The position numbers and the translations under genes were made by a program. Shown here piece by piece: positions 14,581-29,937 of a stretch of 64,000 bases of DNA. Every line of letters begins with the position of its first letter. Position 1 is the first letter of the stretch. The stretch is from the human T2T-CHM13v2.0 reference genome, Homo sapiens: NCBI RefSeq assembly GCF_009914755.1, contig NC_060928.1; one strand, written 5' to 3'. The notes below the pieces were generated by a model that saw only the letters and a program-made list of their open reading frames with translations, made no database searches and was not told where the DNA came from.

Positions 14581-16167
14581 TCAGAAGCTCATGTTAAAAA
14601 CTAATGAATTATTCTCACTTTAAGACTTAACAAATATTTAACAAGTATTATTTAGATTCTATTATGGCATTTAATTATTTAAGATATCAATTATTTTAAT
14701 AGAATAAACATGTCTTATTTAAGAAATATATTTGACTAACAATTTCTTCATTATTCAAAGCTTATACTTTCTTGTTATCATTATTGCTGCTGAGAGTGAA
14801 GTTATTCTAGTATTCAGAACTTGGTGAATTTGGCAAGGGAGAAGTAACCACCCTACAGGAAAAAAAAAAACTTCAAAACAAATCTAAATGTTATCAAATG
14901 TCTTTTTATTCCAAACACAAGATAAATGGATGAATGGCAGGGGGTTGGATAGATGGAGGAGAAACCAGCAGAGAGACAAAACTACGTGATAGATCAGTAT
15001 TCAACTACATACCACCACAAAATACCCTCTGCTTTCCACCTCATGTTTTCTTTTGGTTTCCTTCTGCCATTTCCCTCAGTTGCACCAATTATTCTACTGG
15101 CATCCCATCAGATTTGCAGGGGTCTTCTACGCTTTAAAAAAAGTGCTTATTTGTCAAGATATAAAAGCACACATAGTTTTTAACACTTATATTAAAATTA
15201 GCATTCAACAGTATATGTTACTCTTGAATCCCTATGTCTAAAATGAGGTTCCAAAAAGATGTTTCAGTATTTTGAACCCCATAAATGACATTGCTCTATG
15301 TAAGTCATTTTTAGATTTTTTTACCCCCCTATTTTAGGGTATTTGGTTTCCTTGTCTTTCTCCCTCATTTTGATGCTTTGTTCAGTGGATCCTCTGTTTA
15401 ACAATAGGTTGTGTTTTAACCATCTATTTGTTCCCAGTGCAGATCTTAGGGCCTTAACTTGGTGAGTATGTTACATACATGGAAAATGAATATTTGAAGA
15501 ACTAAGGAGCTCTATTTTGGACCATTTGTGGAAGGTCAGAATTCTTTAAAAACCATAAATACTATTTGTTTTTTATTTTCTAGTTCAGATTACTTTTCTG
15601 ACTTCTTGATGGCAGCTGAAATTAAAACACATACCTTGTGCGAGACGGCTTTTTGATTTCTATATAAATCTCTTATGCTTATTTGTATGTGTAATGCAGT
15701 GCTTTTAACAAAGTTGGAGAAACAAGACAAAAGTAATACTAGGGGAGAAAGTGGAAGAAAAAGTAATTTTAAGATAAAAGAGAAACCCATAGAAAAAGAA
15801 AAGAAAATGACTATTATCATAGAGAATAATCTAAACCAATTTGGTAACAAGTAACTCAGCAAGAAGGGATCAGTAAATGACAACAGGCAATTAGGTTAAA
15901 CGTAGTTCCTTTCATTCAGTAAATCCATAGAATCCCCAAGATTAACTTAACTACAGAGTAATATTGTCTTCACTATTTGATATGTTTCCGGATAAACCGT
16001 AGGTTGCTTTTTTTTTTTTAATGGAAAAACTGGCTGTATTTGTAAATGACAATTGACACAAGACATGAATTTTTACAAATATGCAGGCTGCTCATGATTC
16101 CCCACAAATGTTTATCTATCTACACTATCTATGCACAGGAATGCTCTTGTTTGCAAATAAATCGACC

Positions 16168-16455
16168 TGTGTTGGTTTCCCAGGACAGAGATTAATAAAG
16201 TCCTGAAAACTAGGGGACTTAAAACAACAGAAATTCATCATCTCACAGTTCTAGAGACTAGAAGTCTAAAATCAAGGTGAAGACAAGACCATGCTCCCTC
16301 TGAAACATGTAGGGAAAATCCTTCCTCACCATTTCATAGCTTCTGCTGGTCTGCCAGCAATCTTTAGCATTTCTTGGTCTGCAGTTGCATGACTCTAATC
16401 TTTGCTTTGCAGTCCATGGCATTTTCCATGTATATCTCTATCTTCACATGGCCAT
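16168..16455 (-). mobile_element. MLT1C-like LTR, left segment (continues at about 17676-17755)
   Basis: cttaaaacaacagaaattcatcatctcacagttctagagactagaagtctaaaatcaagg...tcttcacatggcc; continuation ttcttatgaggacatcaatcatattggattagg. Confidence 0.8.
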
Positions 16456-17104
16456 TTTTGTTGTTGTTGTTATTGTTGTTGTAATTATTGGTTACATAGA
16501 CTTTTGTGTCTGGAAGATCATGAAAGTGTGTCTGCTACTGGAAGAAAACCCTGCATAAAACACATAGAAACCCATACAAAACACACTGACATTACTGGGT
16601 GACACAGATAGTTCTTTCCTTTTTTCCATTCAAAGTCCATATAGGTATTAAATTTAATTTGTGTCTCTATAGATTTTACCTAACATTCCTCTTCTTCCAG
16701 GGTGACCTTAATTTCATTAGCCTTCTTCCCTCTCTCCTAGGTCTTGATTATCAGTAAATACGCTCCATTTTTCCTTGTTTTCAGCCAGTTAGATATGTGG
16801 GCAGGCAAGCTGTTGAAAGAGGTTAGGTGCCTTAAAGATCCTATGAAAATAAGTCTTTAGATCTTTCAGTTAAGCATCTACAATCAAAATCTGTCTTGCA
16901 AGTATTAATAGCCTTTATTTGATGTTATAATAGAAATTTCTCCCTCTTTTCTCATCTTAGCTAAGCTCTCTTCTAGGAAGGGAAGTGGGAAATAAAAGTA
17001 GTTAGAGGAAATAAATATTGCCTTACTGCATAAAACTGGGGAGACAGAACAGAGCCACATAGCACTTTTTCTTTGGGAAGTGATGGCATAGCACTGTACT
17101 ATTC

Positions 17105-17675
<571 letters not shown>

Positions 17676-17759
17676 CACACGGACGTATTCTTATGAGGAC
17701 ATCAATCATATTGGATTAGGACTCATTCCAGTATGACCTCATCTTAACAATCTGCCATA

Positions 17760-18830
17760 GGGAGAGAGTAATGTGGGTATCTGAGGGAAGATAATTTCAG
17801 ATTAAATGAATTACCAGTGCAAAAAGTAGGAAGATTACCGACATGTCCACAGAATAACAAGATCAATGTGAATGGAGAAGAGGGTGGGAGCTGGAAAGTT
17901 GTAAATGTCAGAGACTGAAGAAGCAGCCAAAATTTGTAGGGCCTTGAAGGCTATTGTAATGGCGTTGGCTTTTAGAGTGAGGGAAGAGTTTTAAGCAAAA
18001 AAGTGACGTAATCTAACTTTTATTCTAAAGAAATATTCATTGTAGCTTCTATAACTAGCTAGAAAGGGGCCAAGGGACATTAGTGGGGAGACAAGTTAAA
18101 AGGATATTGCCATCCAAGTGAGAAAGTGACGCCATGGACCAGAGTAATAGAGACGGAGGTATTGAGATATGATCAGATGTGTTTTTAAGCCACTGAGTCT
18201 TCTGATGGGTTTTGATATAGAATGTAAGAGAAATAAAAGAGCTTGAGTTAGATCTAAATCCTAACCTCTAACTTTCAACTGGAAAGAAGTAGTTGCCATT
18301 AACTGAGATGGGAAAGACTGTGGGTCCAGAAGATTTAGGAAGAAGATAAGGAGTTCCCATGAAGAACAAGTGTGAGATGGCAAATAAAAGGATAAAAGAA
18401 GGGAATTTAAAAAATAGTAGTGTATGAGCTAACCTTTTTATTTAAAAGTATAAAGCTGAATGAAATCACCAAGTTGGTGAGTTTAATTAGAGAAGACAAC
18501 AGGGTCAACTACAATTTTAAAAGATCTGGGAGAAGAAAAGGAGTAAGAAAACAGGATTTGGTTTGTAAGAGAAAAACTGATAGTGTGTGCTATGGCGAAA
18601 GCTAGGTAATTATTTTGTTTAAGGAGGTAGGTGTGATCAACTGTATCAAATGATGCTGCTAGACTATTCAAGAAGAGACTGAGATTTGTCCACTGACTTA
18701 GCAATTTAGAAGTTATTGTGACCTTGAAAAGAACAATTATGTGTAGTGATAGGCACAAAAGCCTAACCAGAGTAGTTTTTGAAAAGAACAGAAGAACCTG
18801 AAGAGGGGACACTGAGTATAGAAAATGTAT
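17760..18830 (-). mobile_element. L2 (L2a-like) relic
   Basis: gggccttgaaggctattgtaa...gagttttaagca...gttgccattaactgagatgggaaagactg...tcaactgtatcaaatgatgctg...gtgaccttg. Confidence 0.75.
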
Positions 18831-21259
18831 CCAGGAGAGAATGGAAGGGACCTGGGGTAAGTTTCATAGTGGATTTCAACTTCATATAATATGGTTTATT
18901 TCTTTTTTAGAAATTTAGACTAGCAATATTCTAACATGTTAATTTCGGGAAAATGACACATAGGCATTTTGCAGCATGCTTTATACTTTTCTTTATTTAA
19001 AAGAAAATGGAAAAACAAAATCAACTAGTTCTTTAGAAGAGACTTTCAAGACATTTAAATCTAATGACTTCTTAGAAAATTATGTAAAGACAAAAAATAT
19101 TCTTCTTCAGCAAAGACTGACTTATGACTATCTTTTCATTGTTAGAAATCTGTAGAAGCTAATCATAGATACGGTGAGAATCCAATGCCTGGGGCAGGTT
19201 GAGGCATCGTTGTGATTTGTAAAAGTAGGGGGTAAACAGAAACCAAGACAGGTGATGTGCATATCCTTTATGAAGTCTGGGATTGAAATTAGTCAAATTA
19301 TCTGTGTGTCAGGGAGATGAGATGTAGCTTTAGAAACTAAAGGTCTAGTCAAATAGATAAACAAAGTCAAAGCTGAAAGTAATTCCAGAATGTGTGGGTG
19401 GGGGAAAAAGAGTAACAGGTAGAGAAGACATAGGAGATATAGCAGATACCAACATTGGACAGATGAGTTCTCCTAGTCAGCTCACAGGACCCCGAATGAG
19501 ATCACCCTCTACCCCACTTCATAAAACACCTCTGGAAAACATTATGACACTGTATATTTGTCTGAATTTTGTCAGACTGCATCTGGCTATTTCCAAATAA
19601 GCATACTTATCTACAAAGAACAAGTGACTAATAGGATTTTAAATAGTTTCTTTCATGGCCCTTTGTTTTTTATTCTTTTAGTTGTACACATCCTCTTAAT
19701 CTGTGCTCAGAAAAGTTTGGCGTACACTGTTTGGTGAATATTGATGTTCTTATTCAAGGGTAAACTTTGTAAACTAGTAACTTACAGCATGTGTATAACA
19801 TGTTGGTGAATCTTTCAAATTGCTTTTCCAGGAACTCTATTGAATCCTTTCTTAAGGAGAATATATAATCATGGGACAAAATTTTATCCATATATCTAAA
19901 TTGTATATACATGGGTATTACCTGTATATAGTTTGCAGACTTAAGATTGTTCAAAATTATACTTAAAATAATAAATATTTGTCTAAAAAAGAAGTGAAAG
20001 AAAATAATAAAAGCAACTTTGGGGTTCATCAAAATGTTAAATGTAATCAGTGAGAAATAGAAAGTAATAAACTAACCACTATATTGAAACTTATTTTAAT
20101 CACAGAATAAAATTGCCCAATACAATTTATTTTTCATTTAAATGCATTGATTTAGAATTCAGCTCACTATGTTAAATAAAGAGTTAATTGGAAAATGTTG
20201 AAGTTAAATAGTAAAAGTTTTACTGAGATCAAAAAGGCTTCCTTTTAATAATCCCAAAGGTTACATTATATTTGAATATTTCCCGCCTGAATATTTTGGA
20301 GTATTACTATGCAAAGATCAGCCTTTTAAGAGTTTTAAACTACCACCAAGTATGATCTCATTTTATTTGATATTTCTGAAGAACTCTTAAAAGTAAACAA
20401 GATGAGCAAACCTTTAATTGACATTTCTTGAATTTAAATATTCATAAGGTGATTGATATTTAAACATCATCTACTGAAGAGCTCAATTTCAATGAACCAA
20501 TCAATGTATCAAGTCCAGATATATTACTTTGGGATGATGAGGGTAAATTATAAGAGGAAAACTTGCTTGTTTTCTATTGGAAAGTGGATCATAAGTTTAT
20601 ATCTATCTTAACCTATAAAACTTGATTTTAAATGATGAATTATCTTTGCTTTAACTAAAAAAGCTATTGTCCTTTGAATTGCAATATTTGCTATATATAA
20701 TTTTGTGGTATTTTAATTGAAATATTTTTTTGCTGCACAAATTAAAGAGATATTTTTGACGAGTTAAAACTTAAATTTTGTCTTTTTTTGAGAACAAGAA
20801 AGTATATTTTGCTGTAGGAAACAAAACAAATTATCTTGACCTTGCACATAAACTTTATGTAGTTTGCTCTTAATAAAAAGTAAATTTAGAAACTGGGGAG
20901 AATATACGCTTGTCTTAAGACCACAAAAATTTATTTAAGGACAGGAGTTAAGATGTAAAATACAACTCAAAATGTGAGATTTTTATGACCAGTTACAAAA
21001 TTCTTCAGTATCCAAAGTTCCATTCAACTTCAAAAAAATGGCAGAGGAGCTGTTTGTTACTTAAAAGTCAGATATTTTGCATAACATTTTGTAGAGATTC
21101 AGAAATCTCAATCTAGGCCTTTTCAATCTAGGCCTTTTAAATAAAAATTGTTTTATATAAAGTATTTGTTTCATTCAAGAATGTATTTAAAGATTCACTG
21201 TTTTGTTTGGAAAAAGATGGATAAGGAATTTTGAAATCAGTAGAAATAGAAGAAATTGT

Positions 21260-22300
21260 CACATACAAAAGGTGCTAAGATAACTGGCAACTATTGAAAA
21301 GCAAAAATATCACCCTTTGTATAAAGTGTGAAATGCTAAAATGTAAAATCATTAAATCACTGAAATAACAGACTTTATTTTGCTTAGAGGAAAAGGAAGT
21401 CATGCCTAAACTAAAAAGCAAAGAAAGAAGCTATAGTTTAAAAGATCAATGGATTTTTAGCACGTAAGGAATGTAGAATACTCTAGATCAAACACTACCA
21501 GAAACAAAATAAAGAAGACAAATTACGATCCAGAAAAAAAATTTGCAACTATTTGGGAAGAGAGCTAATGTTTTTACTATAAAGTAAGTTCTCACAAATC
21601 AATAATAATATCAATAATAAAAAGCAAATAACTTGAAGGGAATATATTCCGAAACAAAATAGATGAATAACTGAAATGTGATATAAATGGTAATAGTTGT
21701 GAAAATGTACAATTTTACCAACAGAAAATGGACAAAATAAAAATCACAATTGTGATATCATCACTTTCTGTTAGATTTGGCACCCTTTTAGACATAATCA
21801 AATGATCTAGGGCCAGTAATGGTGAGTTTCTAATACATATCGGAGGCCTTGAAAAAGAATATTTATATTATATTATATTTTGATCCAAAGATGCTACTAC
21901 TAGAAACATAGTCTATTGAAAATGCAGTTCAAGACCAAATAAAATAAAAAAAATAACATGAAATGTATACACCAGGATGGTTACTAGAGAATTGTACAAT
22001 ATACTCAAAACCGAAACAAATTCAATGTATAAAAAGTCTGCCAGTAAATAAATCGCCACATAACCATGAAGTCGAATATTCTGCAAGCACTGGGAATCAT
22101 GTTTTATAAGAATTCTTAATGACCCTGGGAAAGGTTACCAATGAATTTTTAAGTTTAAAAAGTTATACTATAAAATAATTATGAAAACAAAATAAGCAAT
22201 ATGTCAAATATGTGTTATATAGTGAATATGTGTTTATATGTGTATATATATTTGTATGTGTGTGACTATATAACATTTAGAAAATATATCTGGAAGGTGA
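21260..22300 (+). mobile_element. Ancient L1M (L1ME-like) fragments
   Basis: A-rich, with ggtgctaagataactgg, aaaaaatttgcaac and ttttgatccaaagatgctactactagaaac resembling a degraded ORF2 end and 3'UTR. Confidence 0.5.
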
Positions 22301-22334
22301 TACCCCATTATTGTCCACTAATAGCTCATTTACC

Positions 22335-23472
<1,138 letters not shown>

Positions 23473-23627
23473 CATCTATGATTATCTCCGGATTATGGAA
23501 TTGCAGTTGCTTTTTCTTGTTTGGAATTATTTTATTTTTTTCGTCCCAGAGAACTTATATTACTTTTTAATCTCAAGTATTTTTTTTCTTTAAAAATCTG
23601 TTGAGAGAAGTAAGTAAAACTTTACAT

Positions 23628-24095
23628 TGTAGCAGAATGAGCCACAGACAAAACTCCCCAGACACGGAGTTAAAGAAGGAAGCAGTTTATTCGGCTGGGA
23701 GAATCGGCAAGACTGCTGTCTCAAGAGCCGAGCTCCCCAAGTGAGCAATTCCTGTCCCTTTTAAGGGCTCACAACTGTAAGGGGGTCTGCGTGAGAGGGT
23801 CATGATCAATAGAGCAAGCAGGGGGTATGTGACTGGGGGCTGCATGCACTGGTAATCAGAGTAAAGCAGAACAGGACAGGGATTTTTACAATGCCTTTCT
23901 ATACAATGTCTGGAATCTATAGATAACATAACCGGTTAGGTCAGGGGTAGATCTTTAACTACTAGGCTTAGGTCAGGCAGGCCCAGGCCTGGTTTCGGGT
24001 CTGGTTCCTAGGCGCCGGGCTACCTGCTTTAGTTTCGCGTCTTCTTCTTTTTCTGAGTATAAAACAATATAAGAGGGTCTGTCTCTCTTCTCTCA
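23628..24095 (-). mobile_element. LTR2 (LTR2B-like) solo LTR, ERV1 HERV-E/Harlequin group
   Basis: reverse strand begins tgagagaagagagacagaccctct and ends ...tttgtctgtggctcattctgctaca; near-TSD acat/tcat; several CpGs retained. Confidence 0.88.
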
Positions 24096-24305
24096 TCATC
24101 AGATAAGGGAAATGCTTCAAGACATGCAAACATTTCCTATTCCTACACCAATGGAAGACCTCAGAATTAGGTCATTTTGATCTTTGTTGCTGAGCCTAAA
24201 AATCCTTTCCAAGAAGCAATCTAGGTTTTCAAATGATGGGAGTTAACCTGAAATTATTAGCTGACTTGAAATTATTTTTTTACCCCTTATCTATGCTCTG
24301 GAACT

Positions 24306-24680
24306 TATTATTAGTCAGGATAACCTAGGTGTTTTGTGGTAACAGATTTACTCCAAAATCTCTTTGCCTTCACACAAGAAAGTTGATTTTTCACTCGGAG
24401 TAAACATTTTGTGAGACAGCAAAGGATAAGTCCTCACAGTCACTCAGGAACCGCTGCTGAAAGAGGCACTGCGGTGTTGTTTCTGCACCATCTAAAACAA
24501 ATGGCCTCCTTAAACCTTACAGTGGGAAAAGAAGAGGGCTGTTGGATTTTAAATGTTTCCACTGAGAAGTGATAATACCACTTCCTATAGCCCATTGGCC
24601 AGAAATAGTTACAGCCCCACCTGACTGAAAAGCTGAGCAAGCTAGAACATGGCATAAATGTTCAGAGAAAGAACTTGCAT
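24306..24680 (-). mobile_element. Old MLT1 (J/K/L-like) LTR
   Basis: attagtcaggataacctagg...taacagatttactccaaaatctc...cccattggccagaaatagttacagccccac. Confidence 0.6.
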
Positions 24681-26534
24681 ATTGAGTGCATACACATAGG
24701 CTATTATAAAATTAATAAGCATTTTTAGCAGTATATGCACCCATTCGATACTTGTGTATTTCCTGAGTGTATGTGCAGCAGTACTGAGAGTCTTCTCTTT
24801 TTTGTTTTAATCTTAAAATTTGGTAATCTGAGAAAGAAAAGGACTGCTTTTTCCAGTACACTAGTAACCTAGGGACAAATATGCTTGGTGTAAACATCAA
24901 GCTTATGATTCCTTCCTTTACAGGAAAATAATAGACTTCTGTAATGTGACTGATACTTTTGCTTACATTCTTGTTCAACTCAGCACAAACTTCTTGAAAA
25001 GGTTATTATGCCCTTATGCCCGCATTACTAAAAGTTAAACTGAGGTACCTAGAGTTGAAGTAATTTGACCAAGAGCACATGGACAAATGTTAGAAATCAA
25101 ATTTAAATCTAAAAATGCACAGTTGCAATAATAATAATTATTTCAGTATACCATATTGCATCCCTTTATAGTAAAAAAAAAAAAAAAAAAGCACAACACC
25201 TCCAATTTTTACTCAAATGAAAATTTCAATCTGAAACAACCAAAATTGGTCAAGAACTGTAATTACACAATCCGATAAGTACCACATTTCATTGCTGGAT
25301 GGGCTTCTTGTTAGAATATTTTAGAATATGTTAGAATAATGTTAGAATTATGCTGTGATGTCTTCTTGTAACTCCCATTATGTCTAGTGAAACGAGATGT
25401 ATTTCATATTTTTGCCATTTGCGTGATTTGAGGTCATTCATTTTTATATACCTGAGCCTCATTTAACAAATTTGTAATATGAACAAAATAAAACTTATAA
25501 TACTCAAATGTTGCAGAGATATACTTTATATTTTTAAAATACTGTTGTACTTAATGTTTCTTATTCACACTTGAATCCACTGGAATAAACCTTGTAGATG
25601 AATGTATACATGCAAAGAAAATTACAAAGAATAAATTTTTAAAAGAATGCAAAATGAGGTTTTAGCTGTGGTTAACTCTGGGTAGTGCTATCTTGTCTGT
25701 TTTTATTGTTGAGTTACTGTTTTTTTTGTATTTTCTAATATTTATTCAATAATTACGCATTGCTTTTATAATAAGAAATAAAACTTTGAAATTAACTATT
25801 TCAAATTAAATACATGTATAAATATGACAGCCTACTTAGCAAACCAGCATTCCTTACTTTATCAGACTTTTCTTTTGTAACGTGTATGAATTTTACCACA
25901 AAATTTTAAACATAGTCTTCTTTAAACACCATCTAACATGTTTATCATTTGTTTCTGTGTTTAAGTTTTTATTTGGTCTAATATTTATTTTTCTGCATTG
26001 TAAAATATGGTTTCTTTTCTCAAAATGTTTTCCAACTTTGATTAACCCATTCTTTCCCCTTTTCTGCTTTTAAAATAAAAGTAAATCCTGACAAGTCCAC
26101 AGATTTGTACCTGGACTCTCTTCAAATCCATTGATCAAAAGGTATTTTGATTTATTATTACCTTGCTAGTTTAATTGGTATGACTTGATATTGTATTTTA
26201 AATCCTTCTGTAGCCATTTGTAGTGTTATCATAAAATAATATTTCATTTTTAGCATCATTGCTTCAATTACTCTCTTGCTTTCTTTTCTTTAACATATGT
26301 CTGGTAATTCTTTTCTTACCCTTTATTTCCAACATTCCTGTATCATTTTGTTTTAGATGTGTTTTGGGTAAACAGTTACATTTTTGTTTTTATTTATCTA
26401 ATTTGGAAGTCTTCTTTTCAGTAGGCGAACTTAACCCATGGATCTGAAACCTTTTTCTATAAAAATCATTCTTAGCTCTTGGCCCATACATAAAAGACTG
26501 TGAGTTAAAGTTTAACTCATTCAAATTAAATGAT

Positions 26535-26785
26535 TGTAATTAATATTTACAGCAGTTTCTTCACGCTAGACACTGTTCTAAGAACCGTACATATAATGAT
26601 TCATGTAATAATCCAAAAAACCCTATAATGTTCTATAATGAGCTACTATTAACCCCACTCCACTGATGTGGAAAGTGAGGGACAGAAACTTGTCCAGGGC
26701 CTCACAAGTGGCAGGTGAGGGAGCTGGAATTTGATCTGAGGTAGTCTGGCTCGATTCCACAGCTTTGATCACTGCAATATATTAC
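26535..26785 (-). mobile_element. MIR SINE relic
   Basis: cacgctagacactgttctaag...gatgtggaaagtgagggacaga...gagctggaatttgatctgagg. Confidence 0.7.
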
Positions 26786-26857
26786 TACGCATTGATGAAA
26801 GACTGGAACATGTGTTTCACTATATTCTTACTTTCTTATTTCATATTTTCTTTTACA

Positions 26858-27960
26858 AGTGGTTAGCTTTGTATTGCTACTGTAACAAATCGCCACAACT
26901 TAGTGGCTTGAAACAACACAAATGTGTTATCTCACAGCTGTGTAGCACAGAAGCCTGGTGGACTCAGCTGGATTATCTTCCTATCTTAGAAGGCTGACAT
27001 TTAAATGTTGACAGGGCTACAGTCTTACGAAGCCTCATCTACTACAGCCCTTCAGGTTGTTAGAAAAATTCAGTTCCATGCAATTGTAGGACTGAGGTCC
27101 CCTTTTTCTTGCAGGCTTTCAGCCAGCGGTTGTTCTTAGCTTCTAGAAGCTTCCAACACGCCTTGATTCATAGCTCTTCCATCTACAAAGCCAAAAATAA
27201 ATGGTTGAGTCCTTCTCATGCTTCCGATTTCCCTGATTCCCCTTTTTGGCTTGCTTTTATGCTTCCTTCTTTCTCTTGTAGGGTAAATGCACCTTGTAAC
27301 AACAATTTAAGCTACACTTAGAAGGACCCTGTATGGCAGACACACTCGAATGTGTGTTCCAAGCTAGGGAATCCAGGAGGGGCCGACCTGGAGATTCGTT
27401 CCTCATCTATGAAGAACATCTGAGGCCCTGGCTTGTCCCATGCAACACAGGCCATACAGGAGACTGAGGCCCTGAGTTTTGGTTTAGAGGAGAGTTGCCA
27501 AGTAGAGGTCATTAAGGGGAGGGTGTTAAGTGAAAATGACATATAAACTGTTTGCAAGCAGTTGCAGTTTTTCTGCCCAGCCCACCACCACTAGGCCCTG
27601 CAGTTATGTTGTCCAGCCCACTGCCACTGGACTCTCTCCCCCATATATAACTCCTTAATAAAACCCCATGTCTTGCGTGCTGGCTCTGGTCTCTTCTTTG
27701 GCCTCTTGAACCTGGTGCCTTCCCTACTGAGGTTAATAGGGGTTTGTCACAACACTCCTCCATCTCTCTCTCCTATCTGCCTCTTCTGCTTTTAAGGGCT
27801 TGAGGATTGCAAATTCTACAATAATCTCCCTATTTTAAGGTCAGCTGATTAGTAATCTTAATTCCATCTACAAAGTACCCTCACAGCCGTAGCCAGATTC
27901 ATGTCTGATTAACCAGAGGACAGGAAACTTAGAGGTGCATCTTTAGAATTCTCTCTACAA
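26858..27960 (-). mobile_element. MLT1 (E/F-like) LTR interrupted by another LTR
   Basis: tattgctactgtaacaaatcgccacaacttagtggcttgaaacaacaca...; resumes after 27754 with ttttaagggc...atctttagaattctctctaca. Confidence 0.7.
27277..27754 (+). mobile_element. ERVL solo LTR, LTR47-like
   Basis: TG...CA termini (tgtagggtaaatgcac...gtcacaaca), gaccctgtatggcagacac, an internal atataaa TATA-like box and aataaa; subfamily from recall. Confidence 0.65.
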
Positions 27961-28907
27961 ACCTTTCTTTTTCATTCTTTTTTATTTTCTACTCTGTGTT
28001 TCCAATCTGTAAACACAACCTTTTAAAATATTTATTCTGTCTTTGGTATAAGTTAACTACCCTGGAAAGAGAGCGAAACACAACTTATTTCGTCTCCATT
28101 TGTGCAGCTTGTCTTAATAAGTTCTTTCCCATCAATTCTTTAACTGCATTTTGTAAACATATATTTTCATTTCCCATAGGTATTTAAGACTCAGGGAAAA
28201 ATTAGTTTATTTTGCTTAGCTAGCCAGACCATGATATTAAATTTTCCTTTAATTGAATCAACTATATAGTAACATTTTAAGTAGGCCACACTATTTACCG
28301 ATCTTTTACACTGTCCTCACGTAACTGTTTTTACATATCACTTTGCAATGCTCCCTGCTTACATTATACATAACTCCAATCAGAGTGGGTATAACATTTT
28401 CTTTTTTCCAAATTTAAAACTATATTATAATTGATTATTTCACTCCTCTATCATCTTTTCTTTGCCTATGGAAGGCACTGAAGAAAGTAATATACAACCT
28501 TCAAAGCATGGGATAAACACCTTTCCAAGCCTGGGTGCCGTCAACGTATCCTCCCCAAACATCACTTCTGCTTATTTGACTCTCATGCATTACCTATCAC
28601 ATTGCAGCATAATGAAAAATTTGTCATTCTCACCTTTGGGCACATGTTGCCCCTCTGACTTCATTTTCTTCAGGTGACTGATTCTTATTTGCCTTTCAAG
28701 CATAATCTAATGTGTCACCTCCCTTCAGGAAATTTTCCTCTCCTGGGTTAAGTGCCTCTCTTTTGTGCACCCATAGAATTCTTCTTGTATTTTTTATCAG
28801 AGCATTTTTCTTATCCAGTTGTAATTATTTGATTATTTCTATAGTTCCCACCTATACTTTGAAGTCCTTTTGAGCAAAGCCTGTGGCCCTCCCTACTAGT
28901 TGTTTTT

Positions 28908-29280
28908 CTTAAGATGGGTTAGGTTTGGCTGTAATTAGCAAACGACTCCCAAATATCAGTTATTTAAAACAGCACAGGTTTATTTCATCTTCGTACTACA
29001 TGTGTGTCATGGGGCTGCTTAAGGCTCTGTTCATTGCTCTTTTCACTGACAAAGTTGTCATTATCTCTAATGTCAGCTGCCATGGCAGAGAAAAGGAGAG
29101 ACCATGAAATACACAATGGCTCATGAAGCATCTCCCTGTAGTGACATATGTCAGGTCTGCTCACTGTTCATTGCAAAAAAAGCAAGTGACCATATCTACC
29201 CTCAAGAGGAAAGGAAGACCAAGCCTATCGAATGCCAGAGGTGAGAGTTTTGAATATTTGGTGAACAGCTTTAGTGACAG
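28908..29280 (-). mobile_element. Old MLT1 (J/K/L-like) LTR
   Basis: gggttaggtttggctgtaattagcaaacgactccc...ggtttatttcatc...gctcactgttcattg. Confidence 0.55.
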
Positions 29281-29309
29281 ACAGTAACCACTATCAGTCT
29301 CTTTAAGTG

Positions 29310-29678
29310 TGATATGAACTGCATGTTTGTGTCCCTTCAAAATGCCTATGTTGAAACCATAACCCCCTACAGGATGGTATTTGGAGATGGGGTCTTTGGG
29401 AGGTAATTAAGTTATGAGGATGGAGCCCTCATGATAGAATCAGGGCCCTTCTAAGAAGAGACCTGAGTAAACTTTTTTCTCCTCTCTGTACTCTTTTCCA
29501 TGTGAGTATACAATGAGAAGGTGGCCATCTGCAAATCAGGCATGAGATTTCATCAGATACTGGATCTGCCAGCACTGTGATGTTGAACTTCCCAGCCTCC
29601 AGCACTGTTAAGAAATAAATGTTTGTAGCTTAAGCCACGCAGTCTAGGGCAATTTGTTATAGTAGTCCCAACTGGCTA
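29310..29678 (+). mobile_element. MLT1A/MLT1A0-like LTR
   Basis: atgtttgtgtcccttcaaaatgcctatgttgaaac...ggtctttgggaggtaatt...aataaatgtttgtagcttaagccacgcagtc. Confidence 0.8.
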
Positions 29679-29681
29679 CTG

Positions 29682-29937
29682 TGTACTAGTTTACTAGGAC
29701 TGCTATATCCAAGTACTACAGATTGGGTAGTTTAAAGAACAGAAATGTATTGTCTCACAATTCTGGAGGATAAAAGTCTAAAATCAAGATGTTATTAAGG
29801 TGGGTTCCTTCTGAGGGCTGTGAGATAAAGATCTGTCCCATGTCTCTCTCTGTAGCTTGTAGATGGCCATCTTTTCCTTTTGTTCTTTTACATCTTCTCT
29901 TTATGTGTGTTTGTGTCCAAATTTCCCACTTTCCTAA
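29682..29937 (-). mobile_element. MLT1B LTR, 3' half
   Basis: tgtactagtttactaggactgc...ttccttctgagggctgtgag...cttgtagatggccatc...gtgtccaaatttccc. Confidence 0.8.
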
